This document shows positions 19,629 to 28,661 of a DNA stretch of 64,000 bases, in pieces. The number at the start of each line of letters is the position of its first letter. Positions within the stretch are counted from its first letter, which is position 1. This stretch comes from an uncultured Desulfatitalea sp. (GTDB lineage Bacteria; Desulfobacterota; Desulfobacteria; Desulfobacterales; Desulfosarcinaceae). The stretch spans positions 1,952,001 to 2,016,000 of the forward strand of contig CAXXMB010000002.1 in NCBI GenBank assembly GCA_963668675.2, read 5' to 3'. A model generated the notes under the pieces. The model had not been told where the DNA came from, searched no databases, and saw nothing but the letters and a program-made list of their open reading frames with translations. Both the position numbers and the translations under genes were made by a program.

Positions 19629-20759
19629 TCATATGGCGCCTCGATCCAATAAATCCTCAATATCTTTCTTGGAGAAACCTATTTCCTTCAGAATTTGTTC
19701 ATTATGCTGGCCAAGTTCGGGGGGTGGGACATACTCCGCAGAAATGGAATCTGACAGGTGAAACGGAGGTTGCAGTTCCGAGCGGAACTTTTTTATTCCG
19801 GAATCCATAACTTCTTCGATCGATAAAATGGGCTCGACGCAGGTGTCCACGTTCTTGAAAATCAGACACCAATCAAACAATGACCGTTTTCCCATGATTT
19901 CAGATATTATTTTTATTACTGGCTCACCTCCGAATTGGCGAGAAACCAGATCCTCGCGTTCGACCGCAAGGCAAAAATTTTTCCAGAACTTGAACTCAAC
20001 GGCACCCAAAGTGATGTGTCGACCATCCATGGTTTGATAGATATTGTAAAACGGTTGGGTGCCGCAAAGGAAGCTGTCTGCCCTATCTGGGCATATCTGC
20101 CTCGTTAAATAATTGCACAGTCCCAGTAAATTCAGTGAAAAGACGCTGTCGAACATTGAAATATCTACGTGTTGCCCGACTCCTGAATATCCGCGCTGAA
20201 TAACAGCCGACAGGAGTCCGAAAATCCCAAAAAGGCTGCCACCAGCTAGGTCGGCAATCGGTATGCTGGGAACCTGAGGAACGGTGCCGGCGATAATGGC
20301 TGAATGAAAGCAACCGGCTAACGCTTGGTAGTTCAGATCATGCGCAGCCTTTAACCGGTAAGAACCTTTTTGTCCGAATCCAGAGATCGAGACATAAATA
20401 ATCCGCGGCTGTATTTTTTTTAGGTCATCATAGCCCAACCCCAATTTTTCCATGATGCCTGGTCGAAAACCTTCGACAAGGATGTCGTAGCGGCCTAAGA
20501 GTCTATTGAAGATTTCTTTGCCACCCGCATCCTTCAGGTTCAGGGTAATGCTCTTTTTCCCACTGTTAAGCAAACCAAAGAGCGGAAAAGGATGAAGGGG
20601 GTCTGATTCCAAAACGCGAGTGGGATCTGGCGCCTGGGGGTTTTCAATCTTAAGGATGTCCGCCCCGAAAGCCGCTAGAAGCCAAGTCAAATATGGCCCA
20701 GGAAGATTCATGCTCAAATCCAAAACCTTCAATCCCGATAATGCCCGCATGTTGGCCAC
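19629..20759 (-). CDS. CaiB/BaiF family III CoA-transferase
   Basis: DLSMNLPGPY, GKKSITLNLK, EGFRPG, SISGFGQ, HDLNY. Confidence 0.92.
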   Translation of the reverse strand: MANMRALSGLKVLDLSMNLPGPYLTWLLAAFGADILKIENPQAPDPTRVLESDPLHPFPLFGLLNSGKKSITLNLKDAGGKEIFNRLLGRYDILVEGFRPGIMEKLGLGYDDLKKIQPRIIYVSISGFGQKGSYRLKAAHDLNYQALAGCFHSAIIAGTVPQVPSIPIADLAGGSLFGIFGLLSAVIQRGYSGVGQHVDISMFDSVFSLNLLGLCNYLTRQICPDRADSFLCGTQPFYNIYQTMDGRHITLGAVEFKFWKNFCLAVEREDLVSRQFGGEPVIKIISEIMGKRSLFDWCLIFKNVDTCVEPILSIEEVMDSGIKKFRSELQPPFHLSDSISAEYVPPPELGQHNEQILKEIGFSKKDIEDLLDRGAI

Positions 20760-20797
20760 CTTGATGTATAATTTTGTTTGCGACTATGCTAAACTTT

Positions 20798-20815
20798 AAT
20801 CAAAAAAGGTGCCAA
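20798..20815 (-). promoter_or_regulatory. Putative sigma54 -24/-12 promoter for the catabolic cluster
   Basis: Minus strand TTGGCAC-CTTTT-TTGATT: canonical -24 and spacing, GA instead of GC at -12. Confidence 0.6.
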
Positions 20816-20898
20816 ACCGTAAACCCAATTTTTAAGCTATATAAACAACCAGATAAAAGTTTTTTGCGCATCGATTTTGAATTGCATTCCCTATCAAT

Positions 20899-20953
20899 CG
20901 TCATATATGACAATTTGATGTTGCCATTCTTGATAAATACGTCATATATGACA
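20899..20953. promoter_or_regulatory. Paired palindromic upstream activator sites
   Basis: Perfect palindrome GTCATATATGAC at 20900-20911 and 20941-20952, 41 bp apart. Confidence 0.7.
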
Positions 20954-20982
20954 GTTTAAAAACTTCAATAGGAGGTATCTCA

Positions 20983-22539
20983 TTGGGCGATTTTTTCCGC
21001 GAAGCTACTCTATCAATATGTGGGAGCCTGGATCTCGAAGTATCTCTATGGAAATGTTTGTTGTGTATACGCAAATACATGCCTGCCGATCTGCTTTCTT
21101 TACACCTATATGAACATGAAACTGGGATTCTCGAGACGGTTGCCTTTGCCACTGTCGAAGGCGGGACGAAATGTTCTTTAAAGAATATACTTCCGAACGA
21201 GGTGCGCAAAGATATAGAAAGGCGGAGGGCTATCCATGTTTGGATGGTTGAGCGTCTTGGGGATTACAATGGTACTCGAACAGCAGCACAAAATATCGGT
21301 GGCGCCGAAGATATGGCCGGCATCATCATGGATCTTATCTTGGGTAAAAAGCTCATGGGGGTTTTACTGGTTGCTTGTAATCCCACCAGTAGTTTTCTAA
21401 AGGAGCATCTTGATCTCGTCCAGACATTGAACAAACCTTTTGCTGTTGCATTGACCAACAGCATGCGACACAGGGAGTTAGAAAAACTCAAAGAATCACT
21501 GGAAGATGACAGTCGGTATTTCCAAAATGAGTTGCGGCGGCGTGCCGGCCAGATAGTAGTGGGGAGTGATTTAGGACTGGGTTCAACAATGAAACTGGTG
21601 CGACAGGTGGCACCATTGGACAGCCCTGTGCTTCTGCTGGGGGAAACCGGCGTCGGGAAAGAGATCATTGCAGGTGCCATTCATAATTTTTCCATGCGCA
21701 AAGATGGGCCGATGCTGACAGTCAACTGCGGAGCTATTCCACCTTCCCTAATGGACAGTGAATTGTTCGGATTTGAGAAGGGCGCGTTTACCGGAGCTAT
21801 CTCCCAGAAGCGCGGCATGTTTGAGAGGACCCAGGGCGGGACCATTTTCCTTGACGAAATCGGCGAGTTGATGCCCGACGCACAGGTCAGACTTTTAAGG
21901 GTTCTGCAACAGAAAGAAATCCAGAGATTGGGTGGCACTGAAAAAATAAAATTAGATATCCGGGTGATCGCGGCAACTCACCGGGATTTAAAATTAATGC
22001 TTGAAAGTGGAAAGTTCCGCGAAGATCTTTTTTTCCGATTGAACGTTTTCCCTATATCTATTCCCCCCCTTCGAGAACGAAAAGAGGATATCCCCGCATT
22101 GCTGCAACATTTTATCCTTGAAAAATCAAAAGACATGAAGTTTGGCTACACACCATATTTGATGCCGGATGAATTAGAGCGCTTGATGGCATACCCCTGG
22201 CCGGGAAATGTACGTGAACTCGAGAATGCCGTTGAAAGAGCAATGATTTTGGGCATGGGGCAAAAATATCTCTCCTTCAATGACTTTTTTGCTTCACAAT
22301 TAAAACCAACGCCAGCTTCAAATAAAAAAAGTGAAAAGCCCGGCTTCCTGACTCTTGATGCTGCCATTTCAAGGCACATCACTTCCGTTTTAGAAGAGAC
22401 AGGTGGCAAGATACATGGTAAAGGTGGGGCCGCTGAGCTCTTATCTGTCAATCCAAGTACATTACGCCACCGAATTAAAAAACTTGGGATCACGTCCCGA
22501 AAAACATTCAAATGTGGTGATAAAGATGCATATGCCTGA
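20983..22539 (+). CDS. Sigma54-dependent enhancer-binding activator (GAF-like, AAA+, HTH)
   Basis: GETGVGKE, GAFTGA, FLDEIGE, WPGNVRELEN, C-terminal HTH; AGGAGG RBS before TTG. Confidence 0.93.
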   Translation: MGDFFREATLSICGSLDLEVSLWKCLLCIRKYMPADLLSLHLYEHETGILETVAFATVEGGTKCSLKNILPNEVRKDIERRRAIHVWMVERLGDYNGTRTAAQNIGGAEDMAGIIMDLILGKKLMGVLLVACNPTSSFLKEHLDLVQTLNKPFAVALTNSMRHRELEKLKESLEDDSRYFQNELRRRAGQIVVGSDLGLGSTMKLVRQVAPLDSPVLLLGETGVGKEIIAGAIHNFSMRKDGPMLTVNCGAIPPSLMDSELFGFEKGAFTGAISQKRGMFERTQGGTIFLDEIGELMPDAQVRLLRVLQQKEIQRLGGTEKIKLDIRVIAATHRDLKLMLESGKFREDLFFRLNVFPISIPPLRERKEDIPALLQHFILEKSKDMKFGYTPYLMPDELERLMAYPWPGNVRELENAVERAMILGMGQKYLSFNDFFASQLKPTPASNKKSEKPGFLTLDAAISRHITSVLEETGGKIHGKGGAAELLSVNPSTLRHRIKKLGITSRKTFKCGDKDAYA

Positions 22540-22855
22540 TTCGTATCAGACTGGCTCCAAGTATTAAGCGTCTCCCGATTGGCCAACAGGATAATCTCAT
22601 CGTATCTACTATCCTTGACCGACACCGAAAATTCCTTTGGGTTATAGGTTGCCGAGATCATGTCCGCTCCTTCTGTAAAAGTCAAAATCTTCCCGAGCAG
22701 TTCACTCTCTCAGGAGGAGAATTTCGAGCGGCTTTCTCCATCACTTTTTATCGTTCTATTTTTCCGTTTTCAATGGTTTCAAATAGTCTGCGTCCCAGGT
22801 TACGATAGCAGGTTGCAGTGGTGCATTCAACTCATACCGATAACAGGGAGACACA

Positions 22856-22975
22856 ATGAACAAACTCGAACTTATCCAGGCCCTGAAAGAATCCCAGAAC
22901 CTGTCCAAGACCGAAACAACCAAGTGTGTCGATATATTTTTCGGTGAAATGGCCAAGACAATCACCAAAACTTGA
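22856..22975 (+). pseudogene. Truncated IHF/HU paralogue (39 codons)
   Basis: MNKLELIQALKESQNLSKTETTKCVDIFFGEMAK then diverges and stops; closely matches the 24313 copy. Confidence 0.85.
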
Positions 22976-23194
22976 TTCAACAGCAAACAGCAAGTGTTTC
23001 TCGATTTCGTGCTTTCACACTATTTCAATGTGGGGGTTTAAGGGTTGGATACATCCAACCTGACACCGCTATTGCGTCTCAAATATAACGATTCCATTGC
23101 CTATGCCTTGGCCGATTTAGGTCCTGCTATGGAAATCAACAATGTGTTCGTTGGGTTTCAGCAATATCTTTATCGGGAGCAGGTTTTGGCATAA
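22976..23194 (+). pseudogene. hsdR: C-terminal remnant of type I restriction subunit R (EcoEI-like)
   Basis: FNSKQQVFLDFVLSHY...V*GLD...LTPLLRLKY.DSI..ALADLG...FVGFQQYLY; internal stop, no start codon. Confidence 0.65.
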
Positions 23195-23248
23195 TGATGA
23201 CCAATTGACTGACAGGTTCAATCATAAGTGCAAACCTAAGGGGGCATC

Positions 23249-24187
23249 ATGAAAACTTTCATCATTGTTCTATTGGTGTGCTTTGGTCTGATTGCGTTAA
23301 CAGTTGTAACCCTTCCCATTTTCACCTCAAAAGAAACTTGCACATATGAGGAGGCTGCCGGGAAATTTGCTAAAGGCAAATTTGTTTCTTTAGATGGCAA
23401 AAAAGTCCACTATATCGAGAAGGGGAATGGGGAGCCCGTAATACTAATTCATGGGTTTCTATACCATACCGTGATGTGGAAGAAAAACTTAGATGCTCTG
23501 GCTGAGCATTTCAAGATCTATGTCATCGATCTTTTTGGTTGGGGATTTAGCGAAAGATTGAACGAGACCGAGTACAGCTTCGAGCGCTACGCAAAACAGG
23601 TTACGGGATTTATGGATGCCTTGAATATACAAAAAGCATCCCTTATAGGTCAATCGATGGGGGGAGGGATTTCGGTCTATGTGGCTGCAATTAATCCCGA
23701 GAGAATAAATAGATTGATATTGGTAGACCCGGCTGTGGTTCCGTACCCTGAGACAATAACAGGGAGGATCTATCAGCTTCCTTTCGTTGGAGAATTTCTA
23801 AATGCTATCCCAGGGGATGGTTTAGTGAAAAACAACCTGAAAACATTATGGTTATATGATGGCAGCAAAGTGACAGATGATTATGTAAGTGAAGTCACTC
23901 AGCCACTTTGTATTGAAGGTTCATATGCTGGATTGATGCATATTCTTCGCAATGTTCTAAAACCGCCATTTGTGGAAAACGAGGCTCAGATGCTGGCTAA
24001 ATTGAACAAACCAATTTTAATCGTACACGGAAAAGAAGACAAAGCTGTTCCCTTGGAGAATTCGCAATATTTGAATAAACTCTGGCCCAGCTCTACTTTG
24101 GTCCTCTTCGAAAATGCGGGTCATACGCCCCAGGAAGAGTATCCTGAAAAATTTAATAAATTGGCAATGGATTTCTTATCTCGATGA
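23249..24187 (+). CDS. Alpha/beta hydrolase with N-terminal signal/anchor
   Basis: LIHGF, DLFGWGFS, GQSMGG nucleophile, GKED, AGH. Confidence 0.9.
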   Translation: MKTFIIVLLVCFGLIALTVVTLPIFTSKETCTYEEAAGKFAKGKFVSLDGKKVHYIEKGNGEPVILIHGFLYHTVMWKKNLDALAEHFKIYVIDLFGWGFSERLNETEYSFERYAKQVTGFMDALNIQKASLIGQSMGGGISVYVAAINPERINRLILVDPAVVPYPETITGRIYQLPFVGEFLNAIPGDGLVKNNLKTLWLYDGSKVTDDYVSEVTQPLCIEGSYAGLMHILRNVLKPPFVENEAQMLAKLNKPILIVHGKEDKAVPLENSQYLNKLWPSSTLVLFENAGHTPQEEYPEKFNKLAMDFLSR

Positions 24188-24312
24188 ATCCCTGGTGCCT
24201 TTCTGCCGGAAATGAGTTTTTTCAACCTCGATCTATCAGCACTCAAATTCCTTGATGCCGTTCCCAAGGAATTCTGCAGATAATTCAAAAGCACAATTAG
24301 GAACACACAACC

Positions 24313-24594
24313 ATGAACAAACTCGAACTTATCCACGCCCTGCAAGATTCCCACAATCTGACCAAGACCGAAGCAACCAAGTGTGTCGAGATATTTTTCG
24401 GCGAAATGGCCAAGGCACTCGAAAAGGGGGACCGGGTTGAAATCCGGGGACTGTGCTCGTTTCACATCAAAACATATGATTCATATGCCGGGCGCAATCC
24501 CAGATCGGGTGAGAAGGTCGTCGTCAAACAAAAGAAGCTGCCGTTTTTTAAAGCGGGAACGGAGTTGAAGCAGCGGGTTGATCGGGCTGGGTGA
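24313..24594 (+). CDS. IHF/HU family DNA-bending protein
   Basis: GDRVEIRGLCSF, GRNPRSGE, LPFFKAGTELKQRVD. Confidence 0.93.
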   Translation: MNKLELIHALQDSHNLTKTEATKCVEIFFGEMAKALEKGDRVEIRGLCSFHIKTYDSYAGRNPRSGEKVVVKQKKLPFFKAGTELKQRVDRAG

Positions 24595-24597
24595 AAC

Positions 24598-24861
24598 ATG
24601 GTCCCTGATAATTGGGTCGTCTATTTGCTTCGATGTGCGGATGATTCTCTATACTGCGGCATCACCAAGGACCTGGAAAAAAGATTATCGAAACATAATT
24701 CCGGCAAGGGCGCAAAATACACAAGGTCCCGTTTGCCGCTGAGGTTAGTCGGGGTCAGTTCCGAAATGACAAAGAGCGCGGCATTGAAATTGGAGTATCG
24801 TTTAAAAAGGATCTCGGCGGCCGACAAGATAGTTGCATTGGAACGATTGAACGCAGATTGA
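24598..24861 (+). CDS. Small GIY-YIG nuclease family protein (UPF0213-like)
   Basis: VYLLRCADDSLYCGIT..R...HNSGKGAKYTR, ALKLEY. Confidence 0.9.
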   Translation: MVPDNWVVYLLRCADDSLYCGITKDLEKRLSKHNSGKGAKYTRSRLPLRLVGVSSEMTKSAALKLEYRLKRISAADKIVALERLNAD

Positions 24862-24910
24862 GAAATGAGGTAATGTTCACATGTTCCCCAATATCAATGA
24901 GGAAGACTTG

Positions 24911-25120
24911 ATGACAGACCTTATCTGCTATTGTTTCAATTACACCGAAAAAGATATTGAACTGGATCTGCGACAAAACGGCAAGTCCACGATTATGGGG
25001 AAAATTCTTTCCGAAAAGCGCATGGGTGGATGTCAATGCGCTGTTAAAAATCCCAAAGGGCGCTGATGCCTTTCCGATGTCCGCCAGGTGGTGGAAAAAT
25101 ACATAACATATTGTATTTAA
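24911..25120 (+). CDS. Cys-rich BFD-like/CopZ-N-like metal-binding protein, probable selenoprotein (TGA 25064-25066); alternative start 24881
   Basis: ICYCF...GCQCAVKNPKGR-TGA-CLSDVRQVV; TGA sits where I recall a Cys in the family CC pair; hairpin 25080-25095 downstream. Confidence 0.7.
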
Positions 25121-25152
25121 TAACTTTATAATATATTTCGGTGAATTATTAC

Positions 25153-25311
25153 ATGCTCCCCAAAATCATCGGCATCGTATCCGGCATTCTCGCAGTCGGC
25201 ATCTACGCCTGGAAATTCAGAGAGACATCCCTGTGCCGGCCATGAATCATGTTGCCCCTTGGCCTCGGCGTCGGCTACGCCGTTTATTGGATGGTGAGAT
25301 GGATAATTTAA
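25153..25311 (+). CDS. 52-aa two-helix membrane microprotein with CxxU motif, copy 1 (putative selenoprotein)
   Basis: MLPKIIGIVSGILAVGIYAWKFRETSLCRP-TGA-IMLPLGLGVGYAVYWMVRWII; gap-free codon alignment with copy 2. Confidence 0.7.
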
Positions 25312-25342
25312 GCAGGTCCCTGGCGCCCAAATTGACAGAATC

Positions 25343-25595
25343 CTGTGTGTGAATCTGTGTGTGAAAAAGCTTCCAAAACTGACCAAAACGTGTAAAATAG
25401 ACAAAAATGTAGAAATTGTATGTCAAATAGTTTCAATATGTTGTTGCAATTTTAGGAGGTTAGGAAACTCGGGGGTATTGACTCTGACTCCGTCAGCCCA
25501 GGTTCGAATCCTGGTCCCTCAGCCATATTAAAATCAAGGGGTTACAGGCTTAGCACTGTGCCCCTTTTTTTGCTGTGTGAGACTCTGTGTGTGAA
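25343..25595 (+). repeat. Arm-type integrase-binding direct repeats flanking the att core
   Basis: CTGTGTGTGAA at 25343, 25355 and 25585, variant CTGTGTGAGAC at 25573; 12-bp period in both pairs. Confidence 0.7.
25480..25525 (+). other. tRNA-Gln(CTG) 3'-half fragment (att core)
   Basis: GACTCTGACTCC anticodon region, T-arm CCAGG-TTCGAAT-CCTGG, ends GCCA; no acceptor 5' strand or D arm upstream. Confidence 0.85.
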
Positions 25596-25693
25596 AATTT
25601 TTCGAAACGCTCCTCTAAGACATCAACCGACTGTCGCTCCGATTCACCGATAGAATGCAAACGGATCTCAGTAACAGAAAAGCAGGCAAAAAA

Positions 25694-27661
25694 CTAAGCA
25701 TGAATGTTATAGCTTTCGACGGTTCCAAGCATGCTCTGGGCCATCTGAACGCTTTTTTCTGCATTGGTGGAGACCTGCTTGCTCTCACTGGAAATTTCTC
25801 CAGTCGCTTGATTCAAGGCGGACATGTTATCCGCAATCGTTGAGGCCGCCATCGAGTTTTTCGATACATTTTCCGTGACCTCCTGAATACCCTGGGAGGC
25901 CTGCACGACGCTGTTGGAAATTTCGTCGGTGGTCTTGGCCTGCTGTTCCACAGCAACAGCAATCTCGGCAACGTTGTCGTTTACACTCTTTATAATTTCG
26001 CTGATGTTGCCGATGCCTTTGACCGCATCTTCCGTAGTTGATCGGATGCCGTCGATTTTGCTTTTGATGTCTCCGGTGGCCGAAGCGGTCTGCTTGGCCA
26101 ATTCCTTGATTTCATTGGCTACTACGGCAAAACCTTTGCCCGCCTCTCCGGCACGGGCGGCTTCGATCGTTGCGTTCAGGGCTAGCAGATTGGTCTGCTC
26201 GGAGATCTCCTCGATGGCTTCGGTTACTTTTCCGATATCATTCGCCGCAGCGCCCAAGGCCTGAATCAATTTCGTCGCTGTTTCAGATTGATTGACCGCT
26301 TCACGGCTGATGCCGCTCGCGTGCTCCGTGTTTTTGACGATTCCTCGAATCGTTGTGGACATTTCTTCTGCAGCGGTGGCGATAAGTGCCACATTGGTGG
26401 AGGTCTCTTCGACGGCAGCAGCCGCAGAGTTCAAATTTTCGCTCATACTTCTGGTTTCACCATCAACGGTGGCCGTGTTGTCAGAGACGTACTGTACTTT
26501 GCTCAACAGGTGTTGAGAAACCTCATTCAATGATTCGGACATGACGTTGAGCGTTCCGGCGTCGTTCTGAATGCCCTTTATTATATGGGTAACGTTGTCC
26601 ATGAAGGCGTTTATATTTTCACCCAGTTGCCCCATTTCGTCACTGGACTGGATCTGAATCCGGGGTGTCAGATCTCCTGTGGAGGCCTGATTTAGCACCT
26701 TTTTGATATGGCGAATGCGTCGAATCAGGTAGGTGCCGATAAACCAATAGCAAAAGCCGACTGTCAGGGAGACGATGACGAGACCCACCGTCAGATAGAT
26801 CCAGGTGATCCGCTTAACGGCGTGAGCCTGTCCGGTGTAATCCGTTTTTACCATAACAGCGCCTTCGGTTTGGCCGGCATAATCGACCAGCGGGCCGGCG
26901 AGCACCATGATATGATGCCCTTCTTCCTCGATCAGGCACTGTCCAGTCTGCGATGTGGCCATTACCTGAGAAATAACAGGTTTGCAGGTGTCGGCGATGG
27001 ACAGGCCGCCTGTTTGAGCTTGAATTGCGAGAGCGTCGTCTTGGGAGACCACCACTGCAGCATCAATACCGTAATCCGCTTTAAGCGGAGCGAGCAAGGC
27101 ATCGTTCAGGGCGATTCCGAATTCCACAGAACCGATGTGGCTGCCGTTGAACAAGACTGGAGTGAGACCACGGATTCCCATGCCGAAACGGCCTTTGTCC
27201 AAGCCTAGTACCGGCTTGCGGGTTTGATTTGTTTTGACGATGGTGGGTCGGAGTCCGGAAAGATCGTCGCCGTATTTCTCAAGCTTGTGCAACCTGAGAA
27301 ATGAGGTGGCCGGCGGAAGGTGGAATTGAAACTGATAGATGTTAACCTGGTTCTTCGAAGCCAGATAGAAGGGCAGGGTCAGGTCTTTCAGTTTTTCACG
27401 ATCTTTTTCGGCAAAGGCCTGCTGCACCAAGGGCATGCCGGCAACGATTTCCGCCATCGCATAGGCCTTGTCGGCCGACTGACTGATTCTTTCAACTACG
27501 CTGTTATAGTCCTTCCGCAGCTGGGCCTCGGCTGTCTCGGTAATCTTCTGTTTCTGGTTGATATAGCTGCTGACCATCAATGCGCTGATAGTGATCGTAA
27601 AAATAACTCCAATAGAAAGGACTAGTTTAAGTTTCAAACTACGAAAAATAGACAAAAACAT
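25694..27661 (-). CDS. Methyl-accepting chemotaxis protein (Cache sensor, HAMP)
   Basis: Two TM segments, [16 protein letters not shown]ache motif, [48 protein letters not shown] before ATG 27661. Confidence 0.95.
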   Translation of the reverse strand: MFLSIFRSLKLKLVLSIGVIFTITISALMVSSYINQKQKITETAEAQLRKDYNSVVERISQSADKAYAMAEIVAGMPLVQQAFAEKDREKLKDLTLPFYLASKNQVNIYQFQFHLPPATSFLRLHKLEKYGDDLSGLRPTIVKTNQTRKPVLGLDKGRFGMGIRGLTPVLFNGSHIGSVEFGIALNDALLAPLKADYGIDAAVVVSQDDALAIQAQTGGLSIADTCKPVISQVMATSQTGQCLIEEEGHHIMVLAGPLVDYAGQTEGAVMVKTDYTGQAHAVKRITWIYLTVGLVIVSLTVGFCYWFIGTYLIRRIRHIKKVLNQASTGDLTPRIQIQSSDEMGQLGENINAFMDNVTHIIKGIQNDAGTLNVMSESLNEVSQHLLSKVQYVSDNTATVDGETRSMSENLNSAAAAVEETSTNVALIATAAEEMSTTIRGIVKNTEHASGISREAVNQSETATKLIQALGAAANDIGKVTEAIEEISEQTNLLALNATIEAARAGEAGKGFAVVANEIKELAKQTASATGDIKSKIDGIRSTTEDAVKGIGNISEIIKSVNDNVAEIAVAVEQQAKTTDEISNSVVQASQGIQEVTENVSKNSMAASTIADNMSALNQATGEISSESKQVSTNAEKSVQMAQSMLGTVESYNIHA

Positions 27662-28363
27662 TCCCCAACCTCCAATCCACCTGCACTTTATATACGAGCT
27701 AAGAAACGATGGGCCATGTACGGACAAAAAAAACTTGATAGAAGCCTTCGGAGAAATTATCGTCTTTTTCCCTTTGAACTTTAGAAAAATGTTTTAGGAA
27801 TCCCTTCATTAATCAATGTGTTATCAGGCCTCGAGGCGCATTAAAAATATTCCGGCGCAGTAAAAAGATTTCAATTTGTGGAGAGATATTTTCATTGCTG
27901 ATAGATTTTGTTACCAGGCAAAGTGAGGGTTATCCCTCGTGCTTATGAGTGATTTTGTTTGGTAACCACAGTCGAAATCGATAACTCTCTAAATGAAATC
28001 TTTAGGCTTATTTTTTTTAATAATTAGATTGATCTCCAGTCCTTTAAAGAATTTCGTAAAATTTTAGTATAATAGGTCTGATGCGAAGTGTGTTCACCGA
28101 AGATGATTTGTTTTAAATTTTACGGCGATGTCAGGTTAATTGATCATTATGTCGTTGAGATGGATATGCTGATTAATGGTTGCTAAGTTAGAATTTTGAC
28201 CTGCTCGAAAAATAGCATAGGGGTGTGACCGATCCGGTCACTCGATGCACAGCAAACGGCGCTTTTTTCATTGGGATAGGCGATACTGTGGCTTAATAGT
28301 TTGACAGGTTGGTGCTCAAATATTTAGATATTATTAAAATTCAAACTGTTATCAGGAGAACCA

Positions 28364-28651
28364 ATGAACAAACTCGACCTCATCAAAGCTCTGAAAGATT
28401 CCCAAAACCTGTCCGGATCCGAAGCCACCAAATGTTTCAACATCTTTTTCGATTCTATGACTGAAGCGCTTGCAAATGGTGATCGTGTTGAAATCCGTGG
28501 ATTGTGCACCCTTTACGTCAAAGAATATGAACCGTATGTCGGGCGCAATCCAAAGAGTGGCGAGCCCGTTCAGGTGAAACCGAAAAAGCTGCCGTTTTTT
28601 AAGGCCGGTACTGAGTTGAAACGGCGGGTGGATAATCTTTCAAAGACTTGA
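28364..28651 (+). CDS. IHF/HU family DNA-bending protein
   Basis: GDRVEIRGLC, GRNPKSGE, LPFFKAGTELKRRVD. Confidence 0.93.
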   Translation: MNKLDLIKALKDSQNLSGSEATKCFNIFFDSMTEALANGDRVEIRGLCTLYVKEYEPYVGRNPKSGEPVQVKPKKLPFFKAGTELKRRVDNLSKT

Positions 28652-28661
28652 GGCGAATCCC

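Larger units (their letters stand above)
1..25525. mobile_element. Right part of a large genomic island ending at a tRNA-Gln 3' att fragment (left end outside window)
   Basis: Defence, recombination and catabolic cargo plus gene remnants; visibly lower GC than DNA after 33.2 kb; ends at a tRNA 3'-half copy. Confidence 0.7.

Noticed and set aside
22540..22760. Possible gene remnant on the minus strand after the sigma54 activator
   Set aside because: Reads protein-like, but I cannot assign a family or a start; needs blastx.
25126..25404. 92-aa minus-strand ORF over microprotein copy 1
   Set aside because: Differences between the two copies are synonymous in the + frame, not in this one; the ORF also runs through the att arm repeats.
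25450..25525. Intact tRNA-Gln gene
   Set aside because: No 5' acceptor strand complementary to TCCCTCA and no D arm; only the 3' part is present.
28225..28241. Palindrome GTGACCG-ATC-CGGTCAC; also tandem TTTGTCCAC at 31222-31240
   Set aside because: Short, single occurrences that could arise by chance; no linked protein can be assigned.
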